The translations under genes were made by a program, and so were the position numbers. From the human T2T-CHM13v2.0 reference genome, Homo sapiens, in assembly GCF_009914755.1 (NCBI RefSeq), contig NC_060937.1: DNA of 64,000 nucleotides; one strand, 5' to 3'. The notes under the pieces are model-generated. The model was not told the DNA's origin. It made no database searches and saw nothing but the letters and a program-made list of their open reading frames with translations. The stretch's first letter is position 1; each line of letters starts with the position of its first letter. Shown in pieces: positions 40,744 to 56,700 of this stretch.

Positions 40744-40836
40744 AATATTATCTAATGCTATTTAAACAACATTAAATCAGATAATATTATCTAATGCTAT
40801 TTAAATAACATCTAATGCTATTTAAATAACATTAAA
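40744..40836. repeat. Three copies of a 21-bp unit with an internal palindrome
   Basis: atctaatgctatttaaa(c/t)aac at 40750, 40789 and 40810. Confidence 0.9.
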
Positions 40837-41612
40837 GTGTAAGAATCTTAAATCAGTGTACTGTACTTCTAGTTATCCCCTTATGTGTACTATTAGCTAG
40901 CATTTTAATTCTGTACTTGTTTATATATCATATGTTTATAAGCCTCACAAAACGTCAGTTGTAATTTCCTTTCAATCAATTGATTTTAAAGTGATTAAAA
41001 TGAGAAGAAAGATTTTTATTCACCCACATAACTTTCTATAAGTCTTCATTCCTTTGTATAGCTCCCAGTTTCCTTAAAATATTTTACTTCACCCTGAAGA
41101 ATTTCTTTTAACTTTTCTTATAGTCATGTCTATTAGCAATACATTCATTCTAAAAAAGTTTTATTTAGCCAACCTTTTAAAATATATTTTCATTGTGAAT
41201 AGGATTCTAAATTAACCAGATTTTTCTTTAGTCCTTCTGTGGTAGTGCTCTAGTTTTCTCAGTATTGAATAGTTTCTGACACAAAGTTGTCTATGTCATG
41301 ATATACCATTGTTCCTCTCTCTGTATATAGTCTTTTTTTCCTGCTGCTTTTAATTTTTTTCTTTTTATGACTTGTATTCAACAATTTTATTATGATGTGC
41401 CTTGATATCATTTTCTGTATGTTTACTATGCTTGCAGTTGATTAAACTTCTTAGATCTGTGGATTCATAGTTTTGATCACATTTAGATAATTCTTTGTCA
41501 GTGTCTCTTCAAATATTATTTTCTGACTTACCCTAGACTTTTTTTCAGTATTCTAACTACATATCTATTAGATATCTATTAGAGTATTAAATTTTATTCC
41601 TCAGATACTGAT

Positions 41613-42213
41613 TGATATGGTTGCTTGTGTCCCCACCCCAATCTCATCTTCAATCATAACTTTCATAATCCCCATGTGTCATGGGAGAGACCCGTTGGGG
41701 GGTAATTGAATCCCAGCATGGTTACCTCTATGCTGTTCCCACCATGGTGAGTGAGTTTTCATGAGATCTGATGTTTTTATAAGGGGTTTTCCCCCGCACT
41801 TTGGTCTGCACATCTCCTTGCTGCCACCAAGTGGAGAAGGACTTGTCTGCTTCCCCTTCCACCATGATAATATGGTTTGGCTGTGTCCCCACCCAAATCT
41901 CATCTTGAATTGTAGCTCCCATAATCCCTACATGTCGTGGAAGGGACCAGTTGCAAGGTAATTGAATCATGAGGGCAGGTTTTTCCCATGCTGTTCTCAT
42001 GATAGTGAATAAGTCTCATGAGATCTTGTGGTTTTAAAAAGAGCAGTTCCCCTGCACACTCTCTATTTCCTGCCACCATGTAAGATGTGCCTTTGCCCCT
42101 CCTTTGCCTTCTGCCATGATTGTGTGGTCTCCCCAGTCATGTGAAACTGTGAGTCCATTAAATTACCCAGTCTTGCGTATTTCTTCATAGCAGTATGAAA
42201 ATGGACTAATACA
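41613..42213 (+). mobile_element. Composite THE1 LTR: THE1D-like 5' part (41613-41867) joined to a near-complete THE1C-like LTR (41868-42213)
   Basis: Two 'atatggtt...tgtgtccccaccc.aatctcatctt' starts, one 'ggactaataca' end, single TSD ctgat. Confidence 0.9.
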
Positions 42214-42241
42214 CTGATGCTGTGCTGATTTTTTAAAAATC

Positions 42242-43793
42242 TTTTAGTTTCAAAGGCACATGTGCAGTCCTGATATAGGTAAACTCCTGTCATGCGGGTA
42301 TATTGTGCAGATTGTTTTGCATCCCAGATACTAAGCCTAGTACTCAATAGTTACTTTTTTCTAATCCTCTCCCTCCTCCCACTCTTCAACCTCAGGTAGG
42401 CCCCAGCAACTGTTGTTCCCCTCTTTGTGTTCTTGTGTTCTTATCATTTAGCTCCCACCTATAAGTGAGAGCATGCAGCATTTGCTTTTCTTTTCCTGGG
42501 TTAGTTTGCAAAAGATAATGCCTCCAGCTCCCATTCTATAAATTTTCTATTCACTCTGATGATGGTTTATTTTGCTGTGCAGAAATGCTTTAGTTTAATT
42601 AGATCTCATTTGTAAATTTTTACCTTTGTTGCAATTGCTTTTTTGACATCTTTATCATGAAATCTTTGCCCAGTTCTATGTCTAGAATGTTATTGCCTAG
42701 GTTGTCTTTCATGGTTTTTATAGTTTTGGGTTTTAAATTTAGGTCTTTAATTCATCTTGAGTTAATTTTTTTATGTGGTGAAAAGAAGGGGCCTAGTTCC
42801 AGTGTTCTGCATATGGCTAACCAGTTATCCCTGCACCAAGGAGTCTTTTCCCCATTGCTTTTCTTTTTCAGTTTTGTCAAAGATCAGATGCCCATAGATT
42901 TGAGGACTTATTTCTGGGTTTTGTATTCTATTTCATTGGTCTATGTGTCTGTTTTTGTATCAATACGATGCTGTTTTTAATACTGTAGCCCTGTAGTGTA
43001 GTTTGAAGTTAAGTAGCACACTGATGCAAAAATCCTCAACCAAAATACTAGCAAGCTGAATCCAACAGGACGTCAAAAGCTAATCTACTGTGATCAAGTA
43101 GGCTTTACCCATAGGATGCAAGGTTGGTTCAACATATGCAAATAAATAATTGTAATTCATCACATAAGTAGAGGTAAAGACAAAAACCACATGATTATCT
43201 TCATAGATGCAGAAAAGGCTTTCAATACAATTCAATATCCCTTTATGTTGAATACTTTCCAGAAACTAGGCATTGAAGGAACATAGCTCAAAAGAAATCG
43301 AGCCATCTATGACAAACCCACAGGCCACTGTCATACGAAATGGTCCCTTTGAAAACTGGCACAAGACAAAGATGTCCTCTCTCACCACTCCTGTTCAACA
43401 TAGTATTGAAAGTCCTGGCCAGAGCAATCAGGCAAGAAAAAAAAAAATAAAGGCGTCCAAATAGGAAGAGAGGAAGTCAAGCTATCCCTCTTTGTGGATG
43501 ATAAACCAGGGAGGGCAACCATCTCTACAATGAGAATTACAAAACACTACTCAAAGAAATCAGAGATGACACAAACAAATGAAAAAACATCCCATGCTTA
43601 TGGATTGGAAGATTCAATATTGTTAAAATGGCCATACTGCCTAAAACTTTACAGATTCAATACTATTCCTATCAAACTACCAGAAACATTCTTCAATGAA
43701 CTAGAAAAAGCTACTTTAAAATTCATATGGAGCCAAAAAGGAGCTCAAATAGCTAAGGCAATACTAAGCAAAAAGAACAAAGCAAGAAACATC
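42242..43793 (-). mobile_element. Older L1PA (PA15/16-like) with a 5' inversion: minus 42242-43017, plus 43018-43793
   Basis: 3' UTR 'tactaagcctagtactcaatagtta'; strand switch at 'aagtagc|acactgatgcaaaaatcc'. Confidence 0.85.
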
Positions 43794-44495
43794 TACCTAA
43801 TAATTTATTAGTGTCTCTATCCCTTACTGTGTTTCCTTTTGGATAGTTACTGTTAGTATGTCTTCAAGTTCACTTACCTTTTCTTCTGTAGTACATAATC
43901 TACTGTTAATCTCATAAAATATTTTAAACATTTTTATTTTTAATTTATCATATAGTAACCTACTATTGTATATGAATAATATTAATGAGAAAATGTTACA
44001 TTGTTAGTTAAATTACTTGGGATTCATTTGCTTCTGAGTTTTTGTAATGACAAATATGGAGCAGCCCCTACTTTTACGCTTTTATAGCTGTACTACTAAA
44101 CACAGTTGTTCTGTAGATTCTACTTAATATCCTATGGAGTATGAGAGCTCTGCTTTCTGTCTGGTAAAAATTGTTTACTTGCTTGCCAGTGGTGCTTTCT
44201 TTGGCCTTGAAATTTTACCCATGCATGCAGAGATTGGTACTCTACCAAAGACTGGAGAGGGGGTTTCCCTGGCCAGTTTTTCGTGATCTGTTTTTGTTTA
44301 TGCAGCTTCTTTATCTCCAGTATTCTGCTATATAAATAATAGCCATCTTAACCTTTCCTTTCTAAACCCTAATGTCTGTCTCCTCATCTCAGCAAGATCA
44401 CTAGACTAGTTTCATACACCTTTGCTCGGGCTTAGAGACTGATTTCTGCAGCAATCTAGGAAAGTTGTAGGACTTACCCCATTTTGTTTTTTTTC

Positions 44496-46486
<1,991 letters not shown>

Positions 46487-46848
46487 GATTACAATTCTTG
46501 AACCAGTTAAGTTTTTCCGGGCAATTCTATAAACTTCAAGATATACAAACTGGAATATTTTCTGAGCTTTTAGAGAACTAGATGACTTCTATTTTTCTGG
46601 ATCTTTGTTAATGAAGATAAATGTGGTTCTTTTCATTTTGTTAATAGAAGATACCTTATTGTTCTCGCTAATGTGAAATAAAGTATTTAATAAATGACTT
46701 ATTTGTCCCCTGAATCCTGATTACTTCCTACTACAAACACACAACTCCCTCAACACACACTCACACATACACACACTCACAAAATGAACACGCAAAGTGA
46801 GAGACCTCCTCGTGAGTTCACTGATCACATCTCTATTGCCAAATTCTC

Positions 46849-47039
46849 AGTTTCTCTGCACAAGCTCTTTTTTGCCTGCTGCCGTCTACGTAAGATATGA
46901 CTTGCTCCTTCTTGCCTTCCACTATAATTGTGAGGCCTCCCAGCCATGTAGAACTGTAAGTCCAATTAAAACTCTTTCTTTTGTAAATTACCCAGTCTTG
47001 GGTATGTCTTTATCAGCAGTGTGTAAATGGACTAATACA
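46849..47039 (+). mobile_element. THE1A/B LTR, 3' half
   Basis: 'ctgcacaagctc...gacttgctcctt...tatcagcagtgtgtaaatggactaataca'. Confidence 0.85.
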
Positions 47040-47754
47040 TCCACCCACCCACCTACACACACACACACACATTTGTTTTCCTTATTGAGGTATAATCAAT
47101 ATACAAAATGTTGCACATATATGACTTTGGCCATATGCGGCTACTTGTGATGTAATCACAATCAATGTGCTATATATTAGTAAGAATTCTTTTGCTTACA
47201 CTTTGCACTAATCTAATTCCAATATAATATAAATGTAACCTAGTCTGTATTCTAAAACAACATTTAATAACTCATACAGCACGGATGCACCATGGCTAGC
47301 TGCTTATGACTACATGCAGAGACTCATAGCTATTCAAACTTTGTCTTTGAATCTATACTATTTCCCTTACAGACCAACTTCTCAACAAGTGAGTTGCTGA
47401 ATCTTAGGCAATTACCAGGCTTCTGTCTTTACATTTGTACCATTTAAGACAAACAAAAAGAACTTTTATTCAGATCAGTTTGAAAAATTTTTGTGAAGAA
47501 TTCTGGTTGGCAAGGATTGGGTTGCACGATTATTCTTTGAAACCCTCCTTGTACCTATGAGGGTAAAATGAAATAATTGCTAGTGCCCTCTAAAGGCATA
47601 TGTTTGGAGTCAGGAAGGAGCAGTTGCCCAAAAGAAGAATGTGGTTCTAAGAGACAAAAGAGAAAAAGTCATGGTTTAATAACAAAATATTTCCATTATA
47701 AGATGTTAAGTGCTCTCTCTTCCAAGTAATGAAGTTATTTGTAAGTATAGGTAC

Positions 47755-47985
47755 AGCAATCAATGGTGTGTCTGTATTTTGACAAAGCATTTGTCAAAAT
47801 CTCTTCTTATATCTTCACAGAAAGATGAAGAAGCATTGGGCAGAAAATAATATGGTTAAATGTATTCACATCTGGCAAAAACTCCTAATTAAAAATTGTT
47901 AATTAATAAAAATCACTAGTGATGTGTTGTAGGGCTCTATCCTTGGCTCTTAAGCATTCTATATTTTTATCGATGACTAGAGGAA
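47755..47985 (+). mobile_element. L3/CR1 RT fragment
   Basis: 'tattttgacaaagcatttg' (KAFD-like) and 'agggctctatccttggc...atatttttatcgatgac' (QGSVLGP...IFIND-like). Confidence 0.65.
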
Positions 47986-48614
47986 ATAATTAAATGTGGA
48001 AGTGAAGTTAAAGATTTTGTGGCATGGTTAACCTCACAGAAAAATACGTTGAAGTTACTCTGTATTTGAAGTCCAGCAGCTTACAATAATTCTTAGAATA
48101 CAATTTTATCTCCTTGATTTATCTCAACAGATTTTCATAATCTTAGAATTTCTTAACAGGCATCCTTAAGCCTAACCATTTAAAACTACTGGCAGTTCCG
48201 TGATCATGTTATGTTCGCCCATTGTCCTATCTGGGTCTCCTTTTTCCTGTTATTAACTTCCTTTCATCTAGTTGACTTTTACTCATTTCACAAGGCTTAA
48301 TTTTTATAAGAACCCAGTTGAATTTAGTTATAAGTGTTTGGCATTGCTGTAGCATCCTAAGTAAAATGTTAATGTAGCACAATTTTACAATGCATTGTAT
48401 TAGTTGGTTTACGTTTTGGTTTTTATTTGTTTCCCTTTTCTCCATAAGGCAGAAAGCCACTGAGAAGGGCTTGGAATAAGTCTTAAATGCCTGTGTGTTC
48501 TCAATACCAAGAACAGTACCTAATAGCTAAAAAAGAAAATAGTAAATGTCAGCTTAACCACGTTGAGAAAGAGATTCAACATGATCTGGAAAAGGAGAAT
48601 GTAAATTGTAAGGG

Positions 48615-48672
48615 GTGTGTGTGTGTGTGTCTGTGTGTGCGTCTCTGTGTGTGTGCACACACTTGTGTGTAT
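48615..48672. repeat. Imperfect (GT)n microsatellite
   Basis: Directly visible. Confidence 0.9.
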
Positions 48673-48874
48673 GTATTACTAAGGATCAATTGAAGGAGAA
48701 TTTGCGTTTTGGCGATAATTGGTGTGGCAGCAGTCTGTGTAAAGAGGAGGAGAATGTGTTAGTAGTGTTAGTTCACAATCAATATGAAATAATAGCATGC
48801 TTAGTTTCCTCATAAATAGACTCCTTTAGAATGTGTAATTAAGTTGATGGGAAAGCAATAGCACATTTTTTTCT

Positions 48875-49260
48875 GTAGTTATTCATTTATTTAGTAAATT
48901 GTGTCAGGCTTGAGGAGATATTGCTCCATACCCTCGGGATTCAAGCTGGACCCGACAAATCTCCATCTTCAAATCTCTTAGTCCATTATTATTCAGTATG
49001 ATAAGTGCTAACATAGAGAAAATTACAAAACAATGTGGGAGCACAGAGGAAATACCTGCTGCATCCCTTAAAGGTCTGAGTAGGAAATGTTATTTTAAGT
49101 TAAAAGTATTCAAATAAACAATAGTATTCTGGAGTAGTATAAAGGAATTAGAGTTGCAAGAATAGGAATAGCTTGTGTGGGATCTTGGAGGTGAAAATAT
49201 GGTCCATTCAGGTAATTAAGTGCTCAGTCCAACAACAGCAGAGATGATAATATAGGAAAG
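48875..49260 (-). mobile_element. L2 fragment
   Basis: 'ttcatttatttagtaaa...tgataagtgctaac...tgggagcacagagga'. Confidence 0.55.
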
Positions 49261-50607
49261 TGAAATGCGTGCTCCATTTTGCAAGGCAAATTATCTCTCT
49301 GCTGGAGCTGGAACACTGGGAAATCAGGTTTCATTTTCACAATTTATTATGATTTTAACAGCATTGAATTTAATGTTGGGTTTTGTAATGGATATCCTCT
49401 TACTTCACATTGTAAAAAGAGTCATTTTGGATTCCATCATGCAGAGACCGAAGCTGTTGATTGACTTCTATGTAGAGAAGAGAGTAACACACAAGCAATG
49501 CACTTCCTGAATTTATATCAGACTTACTTTCCCTCCCTTTCCTCTTTTTTTTCCTTTCTCCCTTCCCCCTTCTTTGCTTCTTTCTTCTTGTCAGCCTTCC
49601 TGCTTTCCCGCCTTCTTTCATTGTGCCAGTACAGTGATCCATTTCTTTTCATTTTAATGGAAATTCTTTTTCATTGGGAGCATGATTTCTCATGAGCCAT
49701 GTTCCTACCACTGCCTGCTGTCTCACATATTGTCACTGTCATTGATATTGCTCTTGAAGACTAACTTTGTGCCCTATCTCTAAGTAGAAATAATACAACA
49801 TGAAACTTTTTGGGCACTTGTCCCAGCTAATTAACCTCTTTGACTAGCTTCATTTTATATGGTTCCTGTCATCATATAGAAAACTTAAAATATTAATTTA
49901 GCATGAGAGTAGAGTTGCATCTTTAGGTGGGTCCTGCCCTAAGTGGAAGTCTTCATAGGCTTTTAATTAAAATGATTGAAATAAGTGTTGATGATTTAAA
50001 ATCTTTAATTTGTTAAACAAACTCCAGGGACATTGAAATATCTTCCATTATTAAATGACCAAATTACTTGAAACTTTTTCTTAATTGTTATGTTTTTAAT
50101 AAAAGCCAAAAGTATAATTATTACAATTAAAGTATGTACTTCAGCTGATATTTTACATGCAAATTGAGTTAATATTTTTAAGGCAAATTCATATCTTCTG
50201 TCTTCAGACAGATGATTGTAGGTTAAAATTCAATATGAATGAATAACCAACATTATGATTTTTCTGGTGAAAAGGAACCAGAGATATATCAAAAATCTTT
50301 TAATGTATATATGATTATTCATTATGTATATATTTAAATTCTGTACAACACATGTTAAGAAGTATGATGATAAGCTGTATTGTATTCAGGGGTAAGCAAG
50401 GATAATTGTGATGTGTTCTAGAGATTCAACTATAACGAACAAAATTAATATCCTAGAAAATGGAAGTTTTCAGAATATGTATTAGCTCTATGATATCAAA
50501 AATTATTTCATGTGGAAAAGGCAATTGGTTCTCACCAGAATCTTAGTTGTTGAAAACAGTGCAAGTTTATGGGAGGTGGAAAAAGATATATTTGTATCCT
50601 TAAAGGA

Positions 50608-50608
<1 letters not shown>

Positions 50609-50674
<66 letters not shown>
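50609..50674. repeat. (TA)n(CA)n microsatellite
   Basis: Directly visible. Confidence 0.95.
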
Positions 50675-51059
50675 AATTACAACAGTAAAGAAGTAACAAT
50701 TATTCTGAGAAGTGGCCATTTCTGTTCCAGCAGCATTGAACTGTTGATTTTGTGGAAATTTTAGATGTCCTCTAAATTATTATTACTCTACAATTCTATG
50801 AATATTCTTAGTATATGCTGGAAAAATGCAAACAAAACAAACAAAAAACAGAATTGATTGTTTGAAAATCAGTGATTTTAGCTAGCCACTAAATATGTTT
50901 TTGATTAAAGCTTTCTTCTGTCACCATCCAGAACCCATTTCAACTGATCACTGAAAATGACCTGCCCTAGCTTATTTTCACATGCTCTGTAAGAATGCTT
51001 ATTATTGACCTCTCCTTAAGACTTTGGACCTAATAATCTCTACTATAACACTATGGATA

Positions 51060-51280
51060 TAAGTGTTAGCTCTGGAGAATTTTGGCTCATTTCACTTGTT
51101 ACTTGAGTAATCTCAGATAAGGTACTTAATATCACCAAGCTCAATATCCTCTCTACAAAATAGAAACAATGATAGGTTTATAATCTCAGGATTTTTTGAT
51201 AATGAATGAGCTATACATGGTTGTAAAGGTTTATCACACTGCCCAAGAAAGAGAAAATTCTTCACAACATGGTTATTATT
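51060..51280 (+). mobile_element. MIR fragment
   Basis: 'cacttgttacttgagtaatctcagataaggtacttaat...ctcaatatcctctctacaaaatag'. Confidence 0.55.
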
Positions 51281-52617
51281 CCAAATGGGGTTAATGTAGC
51301 ATCTAGATAATCTGGTAAATTTGTATCTGTTAATAAGTTACACTTACTAATGTTGCCATACTAATCGGGCTAAATACATATAATATGTATTTTAAGTAAA
51401 CTATCATCTTCCTCAGAATTATTATAAAGTGATTATTTCAAATAATTTAAGAGTGTGAACAAATGCCAAAGAAATCAGGTAGTACCATAGATGCTCAGTT
51501 TTGGAGAGGGGAAACTTTTGATATCGTCGAAAGAAAAATGACTTTACCTTTTTGAGTTTGCACCATGCTTATAATATTACTAATAATATATAAATGTAGC
51601 TAGGTTCAGTTTATTGTCCTAAAATCAGTTTTGAAATCATTCCAGTTGATTCATGGTATAAATTACACTAAAATATTTGCTTTGGTCTGGCTGACTATTT
51701 TTTCATAAATGTTATATAAATAAATATATACATAATATGCCTATATATTTATTACTGGTACAGTAATACTCTTTTTGTAATATAAATCTGAAGAAAGGCA
51801 ACAAATATGAAAAAAATCATTGCTATCCATTTTCTGTATGAAAACATTCAAATATATTTTCTTGGTCTTATAAGCTTTCGAAAGTAGCCTAATTTTGCCA
51901 TCTACATCTACTTAGTGATATAACCTATCTTCTAGATATACTGCATTACTGACCATTATTATCCTGATATGTCATTCTTTTCATATGTCATCTATTGGAA
52001 TTAGTAGAGAGTGAACTAATATGTATTGAGCTTCTACTTGTGTAGCTTCCATGCTAATTAATTTGCTAGTTACAAAATTTCAAAATTCATTTTTTTGTTC
52101 TTCAACTAATTCTGAGAAATGAATGTTATCATTATCAGATGAAGAAAGTGATATTCAGAGAAAAATAGTATCCTTAAATTAATGTTGGGTAGGATCAAAG
52201 ATGAGTTTTGAAGCAGTCTTTTGGATGTAATTTCTTTCCCACCACTTTCCTGTAGTGCCCTATATTGCTCACATTTCTTCTATTATCATCAGTGTATCAC
52301 GTGTATAAGTCAAATAATACCCCCACACAAAGATTTATCTTAAGTAATGCTAAATGTATAAAGCCTCTTTAAGTGAACACCTCATAACTTTGTAACAGAA
52401 CTCTTATGGAGTATTATCCTAAAGTACTCTAAAGTATTACTTTTAAGTCTTATCAAATACTACTTACGTCACAAACATTTTGTCTTCTTACTATGCATGT
52501 TATGCTACAGTTACATGTGTTCATTACCAACTTTCATTGTAGAAAATAAATTAGGAGCCATACATTTACATGTATACATATCATGAGATCAACTAAAATG
52601 ACCTCAAACATAGATAA

Positions 52618-52966
<349 letters not shown>

Positions 52967-53575
52967 TTGATTATAACCTTTTAATCATAGAAATAAAAGC
53001 ACAGACTTGAAAACTTAATTAATAATTCATATTTTCCATCTCATTTTGGGGTCAACCATTACTACCAGATTCATGAAAAACAAAACACAATAGTTCAGAA
53101 ATAAATGTAATAAGAAAAAATTTATTTTTATGCAAAACATACCTCTTATTCATGAAAACATATCGTGATAAGAAAAGTTCATGTAGAGTTACATCAATCC
53201 CAAAATAACCAAATTATTTCTGAAAACATTGAGAATGCCCTATATTACCAAAGGCAAAGAGCTGACATTGCCAATTATTTGTGTGTATTTTCTTACACAG
53301 ACATTAGAATGGATGGAGGGTCATTGTCCAGAAAAATAGAAAACAGATATTTGGCAGAAAGAGAATGAGTTTCCACATAGTTTGTATGTACATTTTCCCA
53401 ATTGTATGCTCTGCATCATTTAAAAAAGCAGATCTTTTTAAATTTAGTCATGTACTTTAAGGAGTAGCCAATGTAGTCAAGGAAGAAAGAGATTTCTGAT
53501 GGGTATGTTTTTTACTTTAATTGCTTTAAGCATTTTTCTCTCCCAATATTGATGAATTAATGATTTAATTTGAAC

Positions 53576-54140
53576 TGATGCCAAAGCAAAAGTTGCACTG
53601 GATAAACTTAAAGAGATTAGGAAGAAGTGCTGCAAACTCTACTCCACTTAAACAAAGGTTGGGAAGGCGTTTTAAGCGCTTGGAGAGTGGGGAGTCTTAA
53701 GCCATCTGTGAGAATTGACCTCACCCAAAGGAAAAGGAAATTTTCTTGTATCTTCATGACAGGAGATAGTTTTACAACTTGAAGATGGTGCCTACCAAAG
53801 TTAAGCTCCTACCCTCCCACAGAGAAGAGGCGGAATGCTATATTCCTTGATTACATTTCAAAAGGATGGCTCCCAGATCTTTGAGAAAGACAGTCATAAG
53901 TTTTAAAACTTATGAGAGGCTTATAAAACGATTTACAACTTAATGGGGCAGAGAAGGAATCTACAATCAAAAATTTTCTAAGGTAAATAAGCTAAGAAAA
54001 TGTAGAGGAGAGATCTCCGTGGTTAGAAAATCTGAATTCTGTAAGGAACAGGGTAAGAGGGAGGTCAGGGATCTAGAGGCAATGGGAAGCTTGTCTATAG
54101 TTTTGTCAAGCTGAGGGCAATGTTATGCCTGCATTGGTCA
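53576..54140 (-). mobile_element. MER67-like ERV1 solo LTR
   Basis: 'tgatgccaaagcaaaagttgcactgga'...'gtcaagctgagggcaatgtta...ttggtca'. No clear TSD. Confidence 0.75.
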
Positions 54141-54929
54141 CTAGAATAATACTCCTTGACGTGCAATGAACGAGCCATCCTGGCACATATTTGTTTTTAG
54201 TTTCTCAGGCTGTGCCATACTTCATGTGAATCTGTTCATTCCATGATGTAATCATATAATGTTTCTGAATGGTACCAGGAAAAATAAATGTCATAATTTG
54301 GGTTAAGATGATGTACTGGGCATGTATATCTACATCCTCCCTTGGCTCCAATCATTGACAATTCTGTGGATAAAAAAAGACATACTGGTACTTACCAGTT
54401 TTTGAACCAACTTCCTCCCCTCTTGGTCCCCAACATGCTCCACAACTGTCCAATATAAGGAAGTACAAATCAGGAGTATGTAAAATTACTAAAAATCAGG
54501 AAGCAGATGTTTCTAGATTGAAGGAAAAACAAGATTAGTAGAAATGAATACAATATATGAGCATTATTTTCAAAGAGGATAGAATTCCAGTTCTCCAAAC
54601 TCCAAATAACTAAATACCAGAGTGATGTAAAGCTCAGGGGTAATTGACTATGAAAGGTGCAATGAGGAATTTGCATTTGAGGCAGGTTAGTTTGTTGACA
54701 GACTTTACCTTCAACATTCAACAATCTGGCAATTTTTTGAGAAATTTACCTTCAACATTGGTGAGAATCAATGTGTGGGCTAATATTACCATTTTTATTT
54801 GGTATTATGAAAGGAAGATAAAGAAGTGAACACCAGGAAAGACATGGAGGAGTGGCAAAAGCAAACAAGCTACCTCATCCTCATTCCACTACAGCCACAT
54901 GTTTAATTAACCATGTAACTCACTCAAAA

Positions 54930-55700
54930 AGCTGCTATAATGAGAGCTAGCATTTACCAAGAGATTAGGAGGGAATAAAAAATACAAAACAAGCAGGCAA
55001 CTGAGAATTACCAAATATTGTTTCAGGAGATAAAAGAACACTAAACAAAAAGAATAATTGCTAATTTAGGAAGTGGAATTAAAGTAATGCACATAAAATA
55101 TTTCAAAAGTATATTATATCAAATATTGCTAGAAAATTCATAGGGATGGATAGGAAACCATTAACCAAAGACAGACCATAAAGTGAATGGGATTACTAGA
55201 GATATTTGATATTTAAAAATATATTCTTTAAAAAAGATGGAATTATTAGCTTAATGTTTTCACCTCAAGAGCAAATTAGTGATCTACAGCATTCTCCTAG
55301 ATCCCATGGCAAGAGAGGCAGACAAAAAGATGTATTGAACTGAACATATGTGAATGAGATAAAGGATATTTTTTGATAGCTCTACTGTACTTTTCGAGAA
55401 ATTCAGAAGGAGGCAGAGGGAATGAAGTAAAGAAAAACAATAAAATACTTAATAAAGGGGAAAATTGTGCTGAAGAAGATCATAAATCTTCACCTGACAA
55501 TCCCCAAGTGAATTCTGAGGAGAATAAATTAAAAAAAAGATATAAAGCTAGGCAGAATATGTTGACACTTCACAGAAAAAGAAAATCCTAAAGGTTTACA
55601 GAAAAAAAGTACCAAATTAACTACAAGAGAAAAATAAGGAACATGACACTAGATTCCTTATGCTTAATTGAAAGATAGCTGGGAAGATAAGTTCATGAGT
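54930..55700 (+). mobile_element. Highly decayed L1M ORF1/HAL1-like fragment
   Basis: A-rich sequence with 'aaaaagaaaatcctaaaggtttacagaaaaaaag...aaattaactacaagagaaaaataagg'. Confidence 0.45.
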
Positions 55701-55739
55701 TTTTATGATTCTATTCTATTTAATTCCCCGGAATTTAGG

Positions 55740-56700
55740 GAGAAAGGATGAATCAAAGAGAGACATGACCAAGTTCTGATGAAGTTTCACATCTGTTATT
55801 GAGGAGAGAAGGACTCAGCGAAGTAGACTGAAATGAAACATCCACTGGGATAGGAAGGAATTTAGGAGTGGATCATATCACAAGTGTTATAACAAGGCAA
55901 ATCAATTCAATTGTGTTAAACCATATGGATAAATCGAGAAAGATGTAGATAGAAGTAGGCAAATTACATTTCAAAATGTAGTGTTTTGGTGGCTTTGGCA
56001 AAATAATTTCACTGGAATGGTGGGAAATAAAACCAAATTCACATAAGTTAAAAATAACTGAGGTCAAGGAAATGGAGACATTTTATATACAGTTTCTGAG
56101 AAGATTTCAATGGCAAGAGAATCAAGTAGGATGTGAAATTTCTGAAAGATATATGGAAAAAAGAGACTCTTACAGAAAGAAAACATTAGGTCATGGTTGT
56201 ATGCTTCTGGAATTGTGGGGAGGAGTATGAATGAGCTAGTCAAACCTGCACGGGAAGTGGAGAGACTTTGATTTGAGAAGGGGTCTGGTCTGTTTTACAA
56301 TGAGTTGTAAAGCAGAAATAATACTGAAAATAGATTTGATAATAGATGTATTTACAGATTAATTGAGGGGAAGATAAATGTATTTTATTCTGATTAAATC
56401 TATTTTATCTGTGAAGTATGAGCCTATAAATTACCATAAAAATGTGTTTGTAAGAAGATACAGAAGTTTTAAAGAGCACAAAGAAAATTTTAAATAACCC
56501 TTGTAAAAATAGAAAAATTAATCTATCAATGTTGAGTGGTTGGGTGGGATTTATCATCACACGTTTAAAGCAAATTTATGTGAATGTCTCTACTATTCTT
56601 CAGCTATTTGGATGTCGATATGGAAATCATGGACTAAAGTTTTATGCAGACTTGGGCTTTTGCCTGAGTGAAAGGATTGGGCCTTCTTTTTAGTAATTTA
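55740..56700 (-). mobile_element. L2 fragments
   Basis: 'ggtggctttggcaaaataatttcactggaatggtggg...ggaaatggagaca'. Confidence 0.55.

Larger units (their letters stand above)
40261..44480 (-). mobile_element. Ancient L1M host element, in fragments (40261-41610, 43800-44480, resuming after 46400)
   Basis: T-rich degenerate L1M-like sequence, e.g. 'ttattatgatgtgccttgatatcattttctg' and 'tatgtcttcaagttcacttaccttttcttctg'. Confidence 0.55.

Noticed and set aside
40744-40836. Repeat-spacer pattern as a CRISPR-like array
   Set aside because: Only three units with irregular or no spacers, in human DNA, with no cas genes.
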